Assembly (NCBI GenBank): GCA_030390025.1
Contig: CM059433.1
Coordinates: 9,984,001 to 10,048,000, forward strand
Direction of reading: 5' to 3'
Length of the DNA: 64,000 bases
Origin: Squalus acanthias
Taxonomy: Eukaryota
A model generated the notes under the pieces. That model had not been told where the DNA came from, did not search any database, and saw only the letters and a program-made list of their open reading frames with translations. Within the stretch, counting starts at the first letter, position 1. Each line of letters starts with the position of its first letter. Shown here piece after piece: positions 34,257-45,043 of the stretch. A program made the position numbers and the translations under genes.

Positions 34257-35500
34257 CATAAGAACATAAGAACATAAGAAATAGGAGCAGGAGTAGGCCA
34301 TTTGGCCCCTCGAGCCTGCTCCGCCATTCAATAAGATCATGGCTGATCTTCGACCTCAACTCCACTTTCCCGCCCGCTCCCCATAACCCTTGACTCCCCT
34401 ATAGTTCAAATATCTGTCTATCTCCGCCTTGAATATATTCAATGACTCTGCCTCCACAGCTCTCTGGGGTAGAGAATTCCAAAGATTCACGACCCTCTGA
34501 GAGAAGAAATTCCTCCTCATCGCCGTCTTAAATAGGCGACCCCTTATTCTGAAACTATGCCCCCTAGTTCTAGATACCCCCACGAGGGGAAACATCCTCC
34601 CTGCATCTACCCTGTCCAGCCCCCTCAGAATCTTATATGTTTCAATAAGATCACCTCTCATTCTTCTAAACTCCAATGAGTATAGGCCTAACCTGCTCAA
34701 CCTTTCTTCATAAGACAACCCCTTCATCTCAGGAATCAACCTAGTGAACCTTCTCTGAACTGCCTCCAATGCAAGTATATCCTTCCTTAAATAAGGAGAC
34801 CAAAACTGCACGCAGTACTCTAGGTGTGGTCACACCAGCGCCCTGTACAGCAAGACTTCCCTACTTTTATACTCCATCTCCCTTGCAATAAGGGCCAGCA
34901 TTCCATTTGCCTTCCTAATTACTTGCTGTACCTACGTGCTAATTGGGCTTATACTCGCTGGAGTTTAGAAGAATGAGAGGGGATCTCATTGAAACTTATA
35001 AAATTCTGACAGGACAGGACAAACTAGATGCAGGAAGGATGGTCCCGATAGTCGGGGAGTCCAGAACCAGGGGTCACAGTCTAAGGATAAGGGGTAAGCC
35101 ATTTAGGACAGAAATGAGGAGGAATTTCTTCACCCAGAGAGTGGTGAACCTGTGGAATTCTCTGCCACAGAAGGCAGTAGAGGCCAATTCATTAAATATA
35201 TTCAAGAAGGAGTTGGATATATTTCTTAAGGCTAAAGGGATCAAGGGATATGGAGAGAAGGCAGGGACAGGGTACTGAATTTGGATGATCAGCCATGATC
35301 GCATTGAATCGCGGAACAGGCTCGAGGGGCCGAATGGCCGACTCCTGCTCCTATCTTCTATGATTCTATGATTCTAACTTTTTGTGTTTCATGTACGAGG
35401 ACCCCCAGATCCCTCTGTACCGCAGCATTTTTGTAGTCTCTCTCCATTTAAATAATAATTTGCTTTTTTATTCCTCCTGCCAAAGTGGATAACCTCACAA
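34257..35500 (-). mobile_element. CR1 3' fragment, split by an antiparallel CR1
   Basis: ORF 34356-34811; resumes at 35374-35500 (CEVIHFGRRNKKANYYLNGERL). Confidence 0.9.
34943..35373 (+). mobile_element. CR1 3' fragment (related to the young family), nested
   Basis: ORF 34943-35278 ends KGYGEKAGTGY as in the intact ORF2; (TATGATTC)n tail; ctaa on both sides. Confidence 0.9.
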
Positions 35501-37004
35501 CTGCAGGTTTTCATGTGAGCGGTATTTGATTGCCATTTCCAATTTTTGGCTGCCGATGCTTTCCCGCAGACATCGTCACCAGTGGCAGTGCTGTGATATA
35601 AAAACAGATGGCAGTGTATGATGTGACTCACTGTGAACAATGTCACAGGAGACGCTCTGGTAAATATTAATAATTTCATTACGTTTGCGATAATTTTCAC
35701 ATTGCTTAAAATAATTTAATGTAAAAATTATCTTCTTGAGTTGAAATTCATTTTTATTATGGGGGGTGTAATTATGTATTTTCAGCATGTCAGATGGGCT
35801 ATTCTATGCAATAAACACTAAATGATGCGGTTGATTTGAAATAATGGTCCACGTCTGTTTATATTTATTTAACATTGCACCTGACTAGACATGTATTGCA
35901 TTAATTAATTGTTTTTACAACTTTCACATATTGATATGAAAATAGCACAGGACTAGGGACATTTACGTAGACATCGGTGGGAAAAGTCCAAATCTGTTTC
36001 ACTGGTTTTCTTGATATCACACGCCCCTTTTATGACACACACGTGTCTTTGTATTGAAAACCCATTGAGTGCTTTAGATGGGAGACCATAGCTGCAAACA
36101 CTTCAGAGAATTTGCTGGATGGAGAGAGAAAGGGGGCCCAGAGATCCAAACAGGTGAGGAGGCAGAACTAAACAGTTAGCCCTTTTAACGGCTCAGACCC
36201 ATTCTGTTATGAGAGGTAGAGGCTCGATATGACAATAGAAACTGAATGATTTTTTTAAAATCCCAATGATTGCTTCAAGTAGCAACACTTGTGTTCTGAG
36301 TTTTCTAGCAGTGATTGGCAGGGTGTGAAATGGGAATATTACACAGGCCAGCCAGCACCTGCAGCAATACCACATGACTTGTTATAAACTGATGTTTTGC
36401 TTTCTGCCCTGCTGAGAGCTAATTAATTGGATAAATGGCCCACCAAAATCATACGGTCCACCACTCATATCATGGCGAGACGCGTGCTGAATAGTTCTGG
36501 ATTGTAGACTCCTCCATGACTGTGGACAGTCCAGCACTATGGCATTGGTCACACAGCGGACTTCCCATGACTGTGGTCAATGTAGTGCTGTGGAATAGTC
36601 TCGACCAATGGCATCCAAACATTTTGTCTTCATGGGTTACATAGGTGTGTACCATAGAGCTTCGGGGCCCACATATAAGTTATCCATTAATCTGCATTAT
36701 ATCTCAAGCTGCTGATACTAACAGATCTTACCATTACGATTTAGGATTTATCCACCAATGAGGTAATTGTGCTAAAATAGATTTTTCCAAACCTCCAGTC
36801 CCACAAAATTCAGACAGGACCGACTAATGAATAAGAAATATATAGTGAAGTAAGAGTAGGCTTCGAGGGCCAGGTTGCCTCGGGGTCAGGGCCGTAGTTT
36901 GGACACTCTTGGTCTGGACAGCAAGCTCTGCTGTTTTTGTACAGTGCCACACTATAGCACTATAGCACTACAGTCTACATATATAGGACAGTCTAAATAG
37001 AGGA

Positions 37005-37621
37005 TGACCTGTAAGGGTGACCCCGAGCTTCCGGTCGCCTGTCACTTTAATTCTCCGCCCCACTCCCACTCTGACCTCTCTGTCCTCGGCCTCTTACACT
37101 TTTCCAATGAAGCTCAACGTAAGCTCGAGGAACATCTTTTGATACGGCACTTTACAGCCTTCTGGACTCAACATCGAGTTCAACAACTTCAGACCATAAC
37201 CTCTGCCCCTCTCTGTTTTTTTCCCATTTTTTTTTCTCTCTCTCACAGGGCAGCTGTCTTTCATTCTGCCATTGCCATTTACACTTCATCTAGAGCCATC
37301 CTTTGTTTCTTAACTTGTCCCATTACCATCTCCTTTTGCCTTGCACCATCATCCCTTTTGTCTCTTAATCTCTCCTGCCTTCCATCCTATCACAGACCTT
37401 CCCTTTTGTTCTTTCCTCCCCTCCCCACCTTTTCCCTGCCCCTACACTTGCTTAAAAACCTGTTCCATTTCCTGCTTTTTCCAGTTCTGACAAAAGGTCA
37501 TCGACCTGAAACGTTAACTATTGTTTCTCTCTCCACAGATGCTGCCTGACCTGCTGAGTATTTACAGCATTTTCTGTTTTTATTTCAGATTTCCAGCATC
37601 TGCAGTATTTTGCTTTTCTAT
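37005..37621 (+). mobile_element. Penelope-like element (family 1) 3' fragment
   Basis: KGDPELPVACHFN…RKLEEH; terminal region with mutated hammerhead (CTGACAA, 37483-37519); 8-bp direct repeat atagagga. Confidence 0.9.
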
Positions 37622-37878
37622 ATAGAGGAACTCCTGGGTGACTGCAGATAATGCAGCACTGTAGGACAGTCTAAAATAACAGGCACCTCCATGATTGTCA
37701 ACAACATTGCTCTAAACAACAAGTAACTGCCCTATGATCAGCAAGCAGGAAATGTGAAGCTACCCCAGTTTGTTTCTGTCCCTTTGCTGATGCTGATATT
37801 CAACCATAGAGATATGCACCATCTAGTACCCAGCCAAATGCTGAGAATACGACTTCCCAACAGTGGCAGATGAGCTCA

Positions 37879-37954
37879 AGGCCGCCCTGGGACTCGAACC
37901 CACGGCCATCTGGTTAGGAGGCAGACGTTCTCTAGCATGTGCCAGCAGGCTGCC
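37879..37954 (-). pseudogene. Degenerate tRNA-Arg(CCT)-like sequence / old SINE head
   Basis: Reverse complement GGCAGCC…TCTGC-CTCCTAA-CCAGA…GTGGGTTCGAGTCCCAG-GGCGGCC: intact B box and anticodon loop, mismatched stems, aberrant D arm. Confidence 0.55.
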
Positions 37955-38486
37955 CCAAATCACATTTATTCAAATGACAAAATGTTGCCATCTGCCTCCT
38001 TTTTTGGTATATTAGGCGTTTACAGTAGGTGTGTTAACCCTTTCGCCGCCTTCATTTAGATTTCAGCAAAGCAGATTTTGGACAGTGCTGAGTGCTGACC
38101 TGACTCTCTCTTTGCTCTGTAACTGTTAGTTCAGTTTAAATCATGACATTAGTGAAATATGAAAGTGGCAAAATACATTTAGAACTTTAGCAAAATGAAG
38201 AAAATAATTACCAGTAGTAAATGAACAGCGATGAATCGATGAATTAACCACCACTACAGCTTTGTCCCACTCTGAGCGCTTCTGTGGATCAACCAGTCCA
38301 ACGGAAGGGTTAGTGAGCAATCCTGTGAGTGGATTGTCTGCTTAAAATGATCAGTTGCTCAGAAATGCTTTGCTTGGTCTCCATACAATCAATAGTGTTT
38401 ACGTTGAAGGGAATGTTACAATAATTGATGTTTGTTACCAAATACTTATACTTCACTTTATTTTTTGCCTTCTTTTAATGATTCAG

Positions 38487-38710
38487 CGCCATACTCACAA
38501 TTCTCTGAGTGGCTGCAGCAAGGCTTCCTCCTCCGACAGTGACAATCTTGGAATGACTGCCGGGAGGTACCTGAGAGTGCCCCTGCATACCCACCGATTC
38601 CCCCTCCCATTCCCCGTGAGATCTCACCATGTCTGTGCTGACTGCCTCCTCCTCAGAGGAAAAGAAGGCAAACTCACCCTGCTCTGTGGTACATTCAGCT
38701 GGCATACGAG
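38487..38710 (+). other. Candidate host-gene exon (possibly containing a start codon at 38629)
   Basis: Long pyrimidine tract + ttcAG acceptor; GC-richer unique sequence; ACCATG with upstream in-frame TGA; GAG|GTACTG donor. Product not recognised. Confidence 0.35.
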
Positions 38711-38781
38711 GTACTGATTTGTTTATTTTTTACTTTTACTCATTCCGGCGCAGACTCGCTGGGCCGAATGGCCTCCTTCAG

Positions 38782-39415
38782 TGTCAGCTGTGGCTCAGTG
38801 GGCAGCACACTCGCCTCTGAGTCAGAAGGTTGTGGGTTCACAGTCCCACTCCAAAGACTTGAGCACATAAAGCTAAGCTGACACTCCAGTGCAGTGCTGA
38901 GGGAGCGCTGCACTGTCAGAGGTGGCGTCTTTCAGATGAAACGTTAAACCGAGGCCCCGTCTGCTCTCTCAGGTGGATGTAAAAGATCCCATGGGCACTA
39001 TTTCGAAGAAGAGCAGGGGAGTTATCCCTGGTGTCCCTGGCCAATATTTATCCCTCAATCAACATAACAAAAACAGATTATCCGGTCATTATCACATTGC
39101 TGTTTGTGGGAGCTTGCTGTGCGCAAATTGGCTGCCGCGTTTCCCACATTACAACAGTGACTACACTCCAAAAAAGTACTTCATTGGCTGTAAAGTCCTT
39201 TGAATAGGAAACATTTGCCCAATGAGTTTCAGGAAAATAAATATTTCTTTTCTTTTAACCCAAAAGTTATTTTAATTCACAATTTAAAACATATGTACAA
39301 ACAATTAAAGCTACACATTCAGTATCCACTCAGCCAGTAACATGGTCAGCATAACTAAAACAATTACAAGAGACGTCCGGTGGCGCTATAGAAATGCAAG
39401 TCTTTCTTTCTTTCT
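38782..39415 (+). mobile_element. SacSINE1-like Deu-domain SINE, full length, with about 165-bp insert near the 3' end
   Basis: tRNA-like head tgtcagctgtggctcagtgg…gggttca; Deu domain; tail resumes at about 39370. Confidence 0.9.
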
Positions 39416-39689
39416 GTACTATTCTATGTTAAGTAATGCCTCGACCATGAATACATTGTTCACATAGCTATGTGAAAGTGAATTACAAGATTCAGTCTAA
39501 TGATTAATATGTAGTCTCGGCTAGGGTTGCAGGTAACAGCATAGAGAACCTCAAGTAGTTTACAACCAACCAAAGCACCGGGTTGCCATTATAGCCTTGC
39601 AGTCTCACCCTGGGATCTATTCTTGTTTCGGTAGACCTTTATGCTGTCGCTGGGGACTGTCCATGCAGACTATCCAGCAGGATCCACAT

Positions 39690-40212
39690 GCCAGGCAGGA
39701 TTGTTACCTCCCAGTCGGGGAACACTTCAGCAGTCAAGGACATTCAGCCTCGGATCTGCGGGTTAGCGTTCTCCAAGGCGGCCTTCGAGACACACGACAA
39801 CGCAAAATCATCGAGCAGAAACTGATAGCCAAGTTCCACACCCATGAGGACGGCCTCAACCGGGATCTCGGTTTCATGTCACGCTACAGGGCATGACTCA
39901 ACGTCATTGTCTGGTTCACAGATGTGATTTCCAGTTTTTTCTTAAAAAGTGAAAAGCTTAACTGCAGACTGCAGCATTTGACACGTTGGACCCCCTGTGA
40001 CCCCACCTCATTGTCTTAGCTGTACTCTGCTGTGTCTTTGACGTAATGCCTCCCTGACGGATTGTATCTCTGCAGACACATTGTTCTCTGTCTATATATA
40101 CTTTGTAACCGATTTGTATTCCCTCACTGTACCTGATGAAGGAGCAGAGCTCCGAAAGCTCGTAATTTCAAATAAAACTGTTGGACTATAACCTGGTGTT
40201 GTGCGACTTCTC
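39690..40212 (+). mobile_element. Penelope-like element (family 2) 3' fragment
   Basis: LPVGEHFSSQGHSASDLRVSVLQGG…RKIIEQKLIAKFHTHEDGLNRD (GIY-YIG C-terminus), followed by a hammerhead motif and AATAAA. Confidence 0.85.
40130..40164 (+). ncRNA. Minimal type-I hammerhead ribozyme motif (PLE family 2)
   Basis: TAC CTGATGA A GGAGC AGA GCTCC GAAAG CTC GTA. Confidence 0.75.
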
Positions 40213-40724
40213 ATTGATGCAGAATGACATGGGACGGTCCCTAGCATTCGTGATCCTGGGGCAGGCTGCAGATTGGGGCTGGAGGGGGAGGTCCACGATC
40301 GCGGCAGCGAGGAGAGTGAGGCCGCGATTGGCAGCAGGGAGGCCGAAGCATTCCTTGAGGGGGCCGGGGAGCATTCCTGCTCCTCCAGGCTCACAAGGAG
40401 TGCTATAAAAAGCACGTATCTTGTGGAGCTGACAGCTCCGGCCTTCCTTTCGCTGCTGGGTTTCCTGGCCCCTGGGAAACCCATGCAGTAGTATTAAAAT
40501 TTAAGTCAGCTCCCAATTGCACAGTGGGAGCCTGATTTAAATAAGTTAATGAAGTGCCCCGCCTTTCCAAGACGGGACACGCACACGGCACACTACCCAC
40601 CGCCGTGAAAGCGGCAATGGTCTTGTATGGGGTGGGCTGGGGACGCATTCCCCATTTTTTAGGTTTGAAACCCCCTCTCCCCTGACCTCCTTCAGCCTGT
40701 CCTGGGGGGGGGTTAATATCAAGG

Positions 40725-40867
40725 TCAACGTTTCAGCTCGATGACCTGATGAAAGGCCATCGACCTAAAACGTTAACTCTGATTCTCTCTCCACAGATGC
40801 TGCTGAATGTTTTACAGCATCCTCAATTTCTATTTCAGATTTCCAACATCCACAGTATTTCACTTTT
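40725..40867 (+). mobile_element. Penelope family 1 terminal fragment (hammerhead with GAAA>AAAA)
   Basis: ctgatgaaaggccatcgacctaaaacgttaactct…ctctccacagatgctg; short inverted piece at 40727-40746. Confidence 0.75.
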
Positions 40868-41641
40868 CATAGAATCACAGAATGATACAGCACAGAAAGA
40901 GGCCATTCAGCCCATCGTGCCTGTGCCGGTTCTTTGGCAGTGCTTTCCAATTAATCCCACTCCTTTGCCCTTTCCCCATAGCCCGGTAATTTTTACCCTT
41001 CAAGAATTTGGTTACAGTAACTCATAGTTGCTTGTAGCTCTACAGGCAACATCACCTCAATGGTGCATTGCTAAAGTAATATGTGTGAGCCTAGACTTTT
41101 AGCAGGAATCATTGGACAGCAATGGAGAGTGGGAGCTCTGGCTGTGTTGCCTCTCCCGAGCCTGGGACAATGAAGCTAATTGCAGACCCACCACCTTCCC
41201 TGGCAGTTAACTCAGTGGAGTCTAGGGCTAAAACCTGCGATCTTCCTAGTCTGCCTGGCTCAGTAGCACTTCCTATAGTGGCTTTACCAACTGAACCATT
41301 GGAGAACCTCACTGTGGGGGGGAAAACAACTTGATACTTAACTATGGTGCTGACATTCCTCGATACTTTAATTGTACAACTGTGTGAAAGCAAGAATGTG
41401 GGGTTATGGAATTTCTGTTCAACCTTTGCTGTCTGTGCCTGGTAATTTCCTGTTCACAAGAACATACTTTTAATAAAAAGTTTCCCTCCAATTCCACTTC
41501 CGTTTTTCCTGAAGGTGTTGAGAGGAGCTGAGTATTGTTTTACACAATAGGCAAGTGGTATTCTTCATGTGTTAGCTGAGACACCAAAGAGCAGGACTCT
41601 CCTCAGTATTGCTGCTGGTTTTGGGGCATAAAGCAGTTAAA

Positions 41642-42240
41642 TCATAGAATAGAATCATAGAATGGTTACAGCGCGGAAGAAGACCATTCGGCCCGTGGAG
41701 CCCGTGCCGGCTCCCTGCAAGAGCACTTCAGCTAGTCCCACCCCGCCCCCACCCTGCCCTTTCCCCGTAGCCCTGCAATTTTTTTTCCTTCAGGTACTTA
41801 TCCAACTCCCTTTTGAAAGCCATGATTGAGTCTGCCTCCACCACCCTTTCAGGCAGTGCATTCCAGATCATAAGCACTCGCTGCGTAAAAAAGTTATTTC
41901 TCATGTCGCCTTTGGTTCTTCTGCCAGTCACCTCGAATCTGTGTCCTCTGGCTCTCGACCCTTCCGCCAATGGGAACAGTTTCTCTCTATCTACTCTGTC
42001 CAGACCCCTCATGATTTTGAACACCTCCATCAAATCTCCTCTCAACCTTCTCTGCTCTAAGGATAACAACCCCAGCTTCTCTAGTCTATCCACGTAACTG
42101 AAGTCCTCATCCCTGGAATCATTCTCGTAAATCTTTTCTGCAGCCTCTCTAAGGCCATCACATCCTTCCTAAAGTGCGGTGCCCAGAATTGGACACAATA
42201 CTCCAGTTGAGGCTGATCCAGTGTTTTATAAAGGTTCATA
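41642..42240 (-). mobile_element. CR1 3' fragment
   Basis: ORF 41728-42093 (SLEQRRLRGDLMEVFKIM…FFTQRV); (TATGATTC) tail. Confidence 0.9.
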
Positions 42241-42417
42241 ATGGATTATTACCAATGACAGTGAAGGAAATTAGAAAAAGCAACTCAAATAGCCAGTACA
42301 ATATACAATTGGGTTTGCAGAATGACACTGCTCATTTATACGGTATTTCTTTTTACGCAGCGTGTTGTTATGATCTGGAATGCACGTGCCTGAAAGGGCG
42401 GTGGAAGCAGATTCAAT

Positions 42418-43296
42418 TCTTCTTCTTCTTAGGCAGTCCCTCGGAACCGAGGATGACTTGCTTCCACACTAAAAATGAGTTCTCAGGTGACTGATGAGTC
42501 CAATGCGGGACCTACAGTCTCTGTCACAGGTGGGGCAGACAGTGGTTGAAGGGGCGGGTGGGTGGGGTGCTTGGGTTGACGTGCGCTCCTTGCGCTGCTT
42601 GCGCTTGGCTTCCGCTGGCTCCTGGCGATGAGACTCGAGGTGTTCGGCGCCTTCCCGGATGCTTCTCCTCCACTTTGTGCGGTCTTGGGCCAGGGATTCC
42701 CAGGTGTCGGTGGGGATGTTGCATTTTTTCAAGGAGGCTTTGAGGGTGTCCTTGAAGCGTTTCCTCTGCCCACCTGGGGCTCTCTTGCCGTGCTGGAGCT
42801 CCGAGTAGAGCACTTGTTTTGGGAGTCTCATATCGGGCATGCGGACAATGTGACCTGTCCATCGGAGCTGATCGAGCGTGGTCAAAGCTTCGATGCTGGG
42901 GATGTTGGCCTGAGCGAGGACACTGACGTTGGTGCGCCTATCCTGCCAATGGATTTGCAGGATCTTGCGGAGGCAGCGTTGGTGGTACCTCTCCAGTGCT
43001 TTGAGGTGCCTGCTGTACATGGTCCATGACTCTGAGGCATACAGCAGGGCGGGTATCACTACTGCTCTGTAGACCATGAGCTTGGTGCCGGGTTTGAGGT
43101 CCTGGTCTTCAAACACTCTCTTCCTCAAGCGACCGAAGGCTGCACTGGCACACTGAAGGCAGTGTTGGACTTCGTCATCGACATCTGCCCTTGTTGACAG
43201 TAGGCTCCCGAGGTATGGAAAGTGGTCCACGTTGTCCAAGGCCTTGTTGTGGATTTTGATAATCGGGGGGCAGTACTATGTGGCGGGGGCAGGTTG
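42418..43296 (-). mobile_element. RTE-clade LINE, 5'-truncated, nested in a CR1 fragment (42345-43455)
   Basis: (GAA)n tail; 11-bp TSD gcagattcaat (42407-42417, 43297-43307). Confidence 0.93.
42469..43239 (-). CDS. RTE ORF C-terminal part with C2H2 zinc finger (partial)
   Basis: HFPYLGS, KLMVYRAVVIPALLYASESW, LRWTGHIVRM…RLPKQVLYSEL, CPTC…HLRTH; no stops over 256 aa. Confidence 0.9.
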   Translation of the reverse strand: MDNVDHFPYLGSLLSTRADVDDEVQHCLQCASAAFGRLRKRVFEDQDLKPGTKLMVYRAVVIPALLYASESWTMYSRHLKALERYHQRCLRKILQIHWQDRRTNVSVLAQANIPSIEALTTLDQLRWTGHIVRMPDMRLPKQVLYSELQHGKRAPGGQRKRFKDTLKASLKKCNIPTDTWESLAQDRTKWRRSIREGAEHLESHRQEPAEAKRKQRKERTSTQAPHPPAPSTTVCPTCDRDCRSRIGLISHLRTHF

Positions 43297-44269
43297 GCAG
43301 ATTCAATAGTAACTTTCTAAAGGTAATTGGATAAATACTTGAAGGGGAGAAAATTGCAGGGCTGTGGGGAAAGAGCTATGGATCTTTCAAAGAGCCGGCA
43401 CAGGCATGATGGGCCGAATAGCCCCCTTCTGTGCTGTACGTTTTTATATTTCTATAAGCTGCTGTCCCACAATAACCAGCTTCAGGCAGCCTTTCTGTTG
43501 AAGTGGCAAAGAGTTGCTGCTCTCATGTCTAAAGCTCGCTCATGTGTAGGCATTGGAGGCAGGCTCATTGCCACTCCCCAGAGAGACAGCAATGTCTAAA
43601 AGCCCATTCTTTGCAGCCCACTGGTGCAGGGCATGGGCTCAGGGCACAGAGATGCAACTGGTCTGTGTCATTACAGACCCAATAGTCTCTACCAGGAATC
43701 GGAAGACCTACACAAGTGTGGCATTCAGCCTGACCCTCAATGCATCCATTGAAGCAATGGTGGCCACCACTCCAGTTGCCACCAATGTCTTTAGAAGCTG
43801 TTCCTATTGTCTTGATGCCACAGGAATCTCCCGGCTGTCACAGTCTCCAGGGTGTTTTTGCAGGTCGTGGGAAACTTCTTGCAGAGTGAGTCGTGGACTC
43901 ATTCCACTGGTCCATCATCGCAATCATATGCATGGAAACTGTGTCCACTGCCTGCACATGAGATCAATGCTTTCTAATCATAACCCTAGGGTCCTGAGCT
44001 GAAGAATAGAACTCCCCCTCTCTTCCACGCCCAGATCTTCATTCTCCCTAGTGCTCAGTGACAGCCCATCTGACTCATTAATGACTTCCTCCTGTGTGCT
44101 GGTGCTTGCGCAGGTACGGTGCTGTGACAGAGTTGGTGATGAATTGGCAGGAATTGCACTGGGTTAGCAGCAGCAGTCACATGGGAAGGAGTGGGGGGGG
44201 TTAGCCTAAACCCTGCCTGGCCTCTAACCCGCTAACAGAAAGGAGAATCCAGCTTCGAGCTGTCAGGCT

Positions 44270-44552
44270 GCTGAACCGTTGCCAGGCACCGCGGTTGAGA
44301 CCGACCCTGTTCTCACCCGACATTTGTGCACCGTTCCAACAAGAGCCACTGCACAATGATCAGGCTCGGGCTGGTCTGCCCCAATCCAGGGCCGCTGAGA
44401 CTAATCGTAGTGCCCCCCCCCCAGCCCCCCACACCCCGCCCTTGTTGCTGCAGCCAACTCAACCTCGGCCAACAATCGAATTGTGGACCTTCTTGGTTTG
44501 TTGTTGCCGAGTTCCATACTGGCCAGTGGATTTTGGAACTGAGCCACCAGGA
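44270..44552 (-). mobile_element. Ancient tRNA-derived SINE (AmnSINE2-like) fragment
   Basis: Reverse complement begins cctggtggctcagt and parallels 17480-17780. Confidence 0.5.
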
Positions 44553-44577
44553 CAGCTTCAAAATCATATCAATTTAT

Positions 44578-45043
44578 GATGTGGAGATGCCGGTGTTGGA
44601 CTGGGGTGGACAAATGTGAGAAGTCGCACAACACCAGGTTATAGTCCAACAGTTTTATTTGAAATCACAAGCTTTCGGAGCGGCTGCTCCTTCGTCAGGT
44701 GAAGTGAAGAGATGCATATAGTCACAGCATATATAGTCAGAGAACACTGCCAGATGATTACAGTTAATCTTTCGAACTGCCCTTTATCACACCTCGGCAG
44801 AGAGATAATCACGGCAATCAAAGGTGTGGATGGTGTCCAAACAGGTCAGTCAGGAAAACATTACATCAAAGACAATGAGGTGGGGTCACAAGGGGTCAAA
44901 TGTGGCAGATGCTGGGGTCTGTATGGAAAACAAAAGACTTTTTTTGCTGGAAATCACAGCAGGTCCGGCCGCATCTGTGTAGAGAGAACAAGCCAACGAC
45001 GACTCGAGTCTGGATGACTCTACGTGTTGTGCGACTTCTCACA
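44578..45043 (-). mobile_element. Penelope-like element (family 2) terminal fragment with inverted end
   Basis: 44618-44702 matches the reverse complement of 40130-40212; atgtgagaagtcgcacaacac recurs inverted at about 45023-45043; near-direct repeat atcaatttat/ataaatttat on the flanks. Confidence 0.8.
44665..44702 (-). ncRNA. Minimal type-I hammerhead ribozyme motif (PLE family 2)
   Basis: Reverse complement TCAC CTGACGA A GGAGC AGCC GCTCC GAAAG CTT GTGA. Confidence 0.75.

Noticed and set aside
37879..37954. Functional tRNA-Arg gene
   Set aside because: Mismatches in the acceptor, anticodon and T stems and a non-canonical D arm/A box; kept only as a pseudogene or SINE head.
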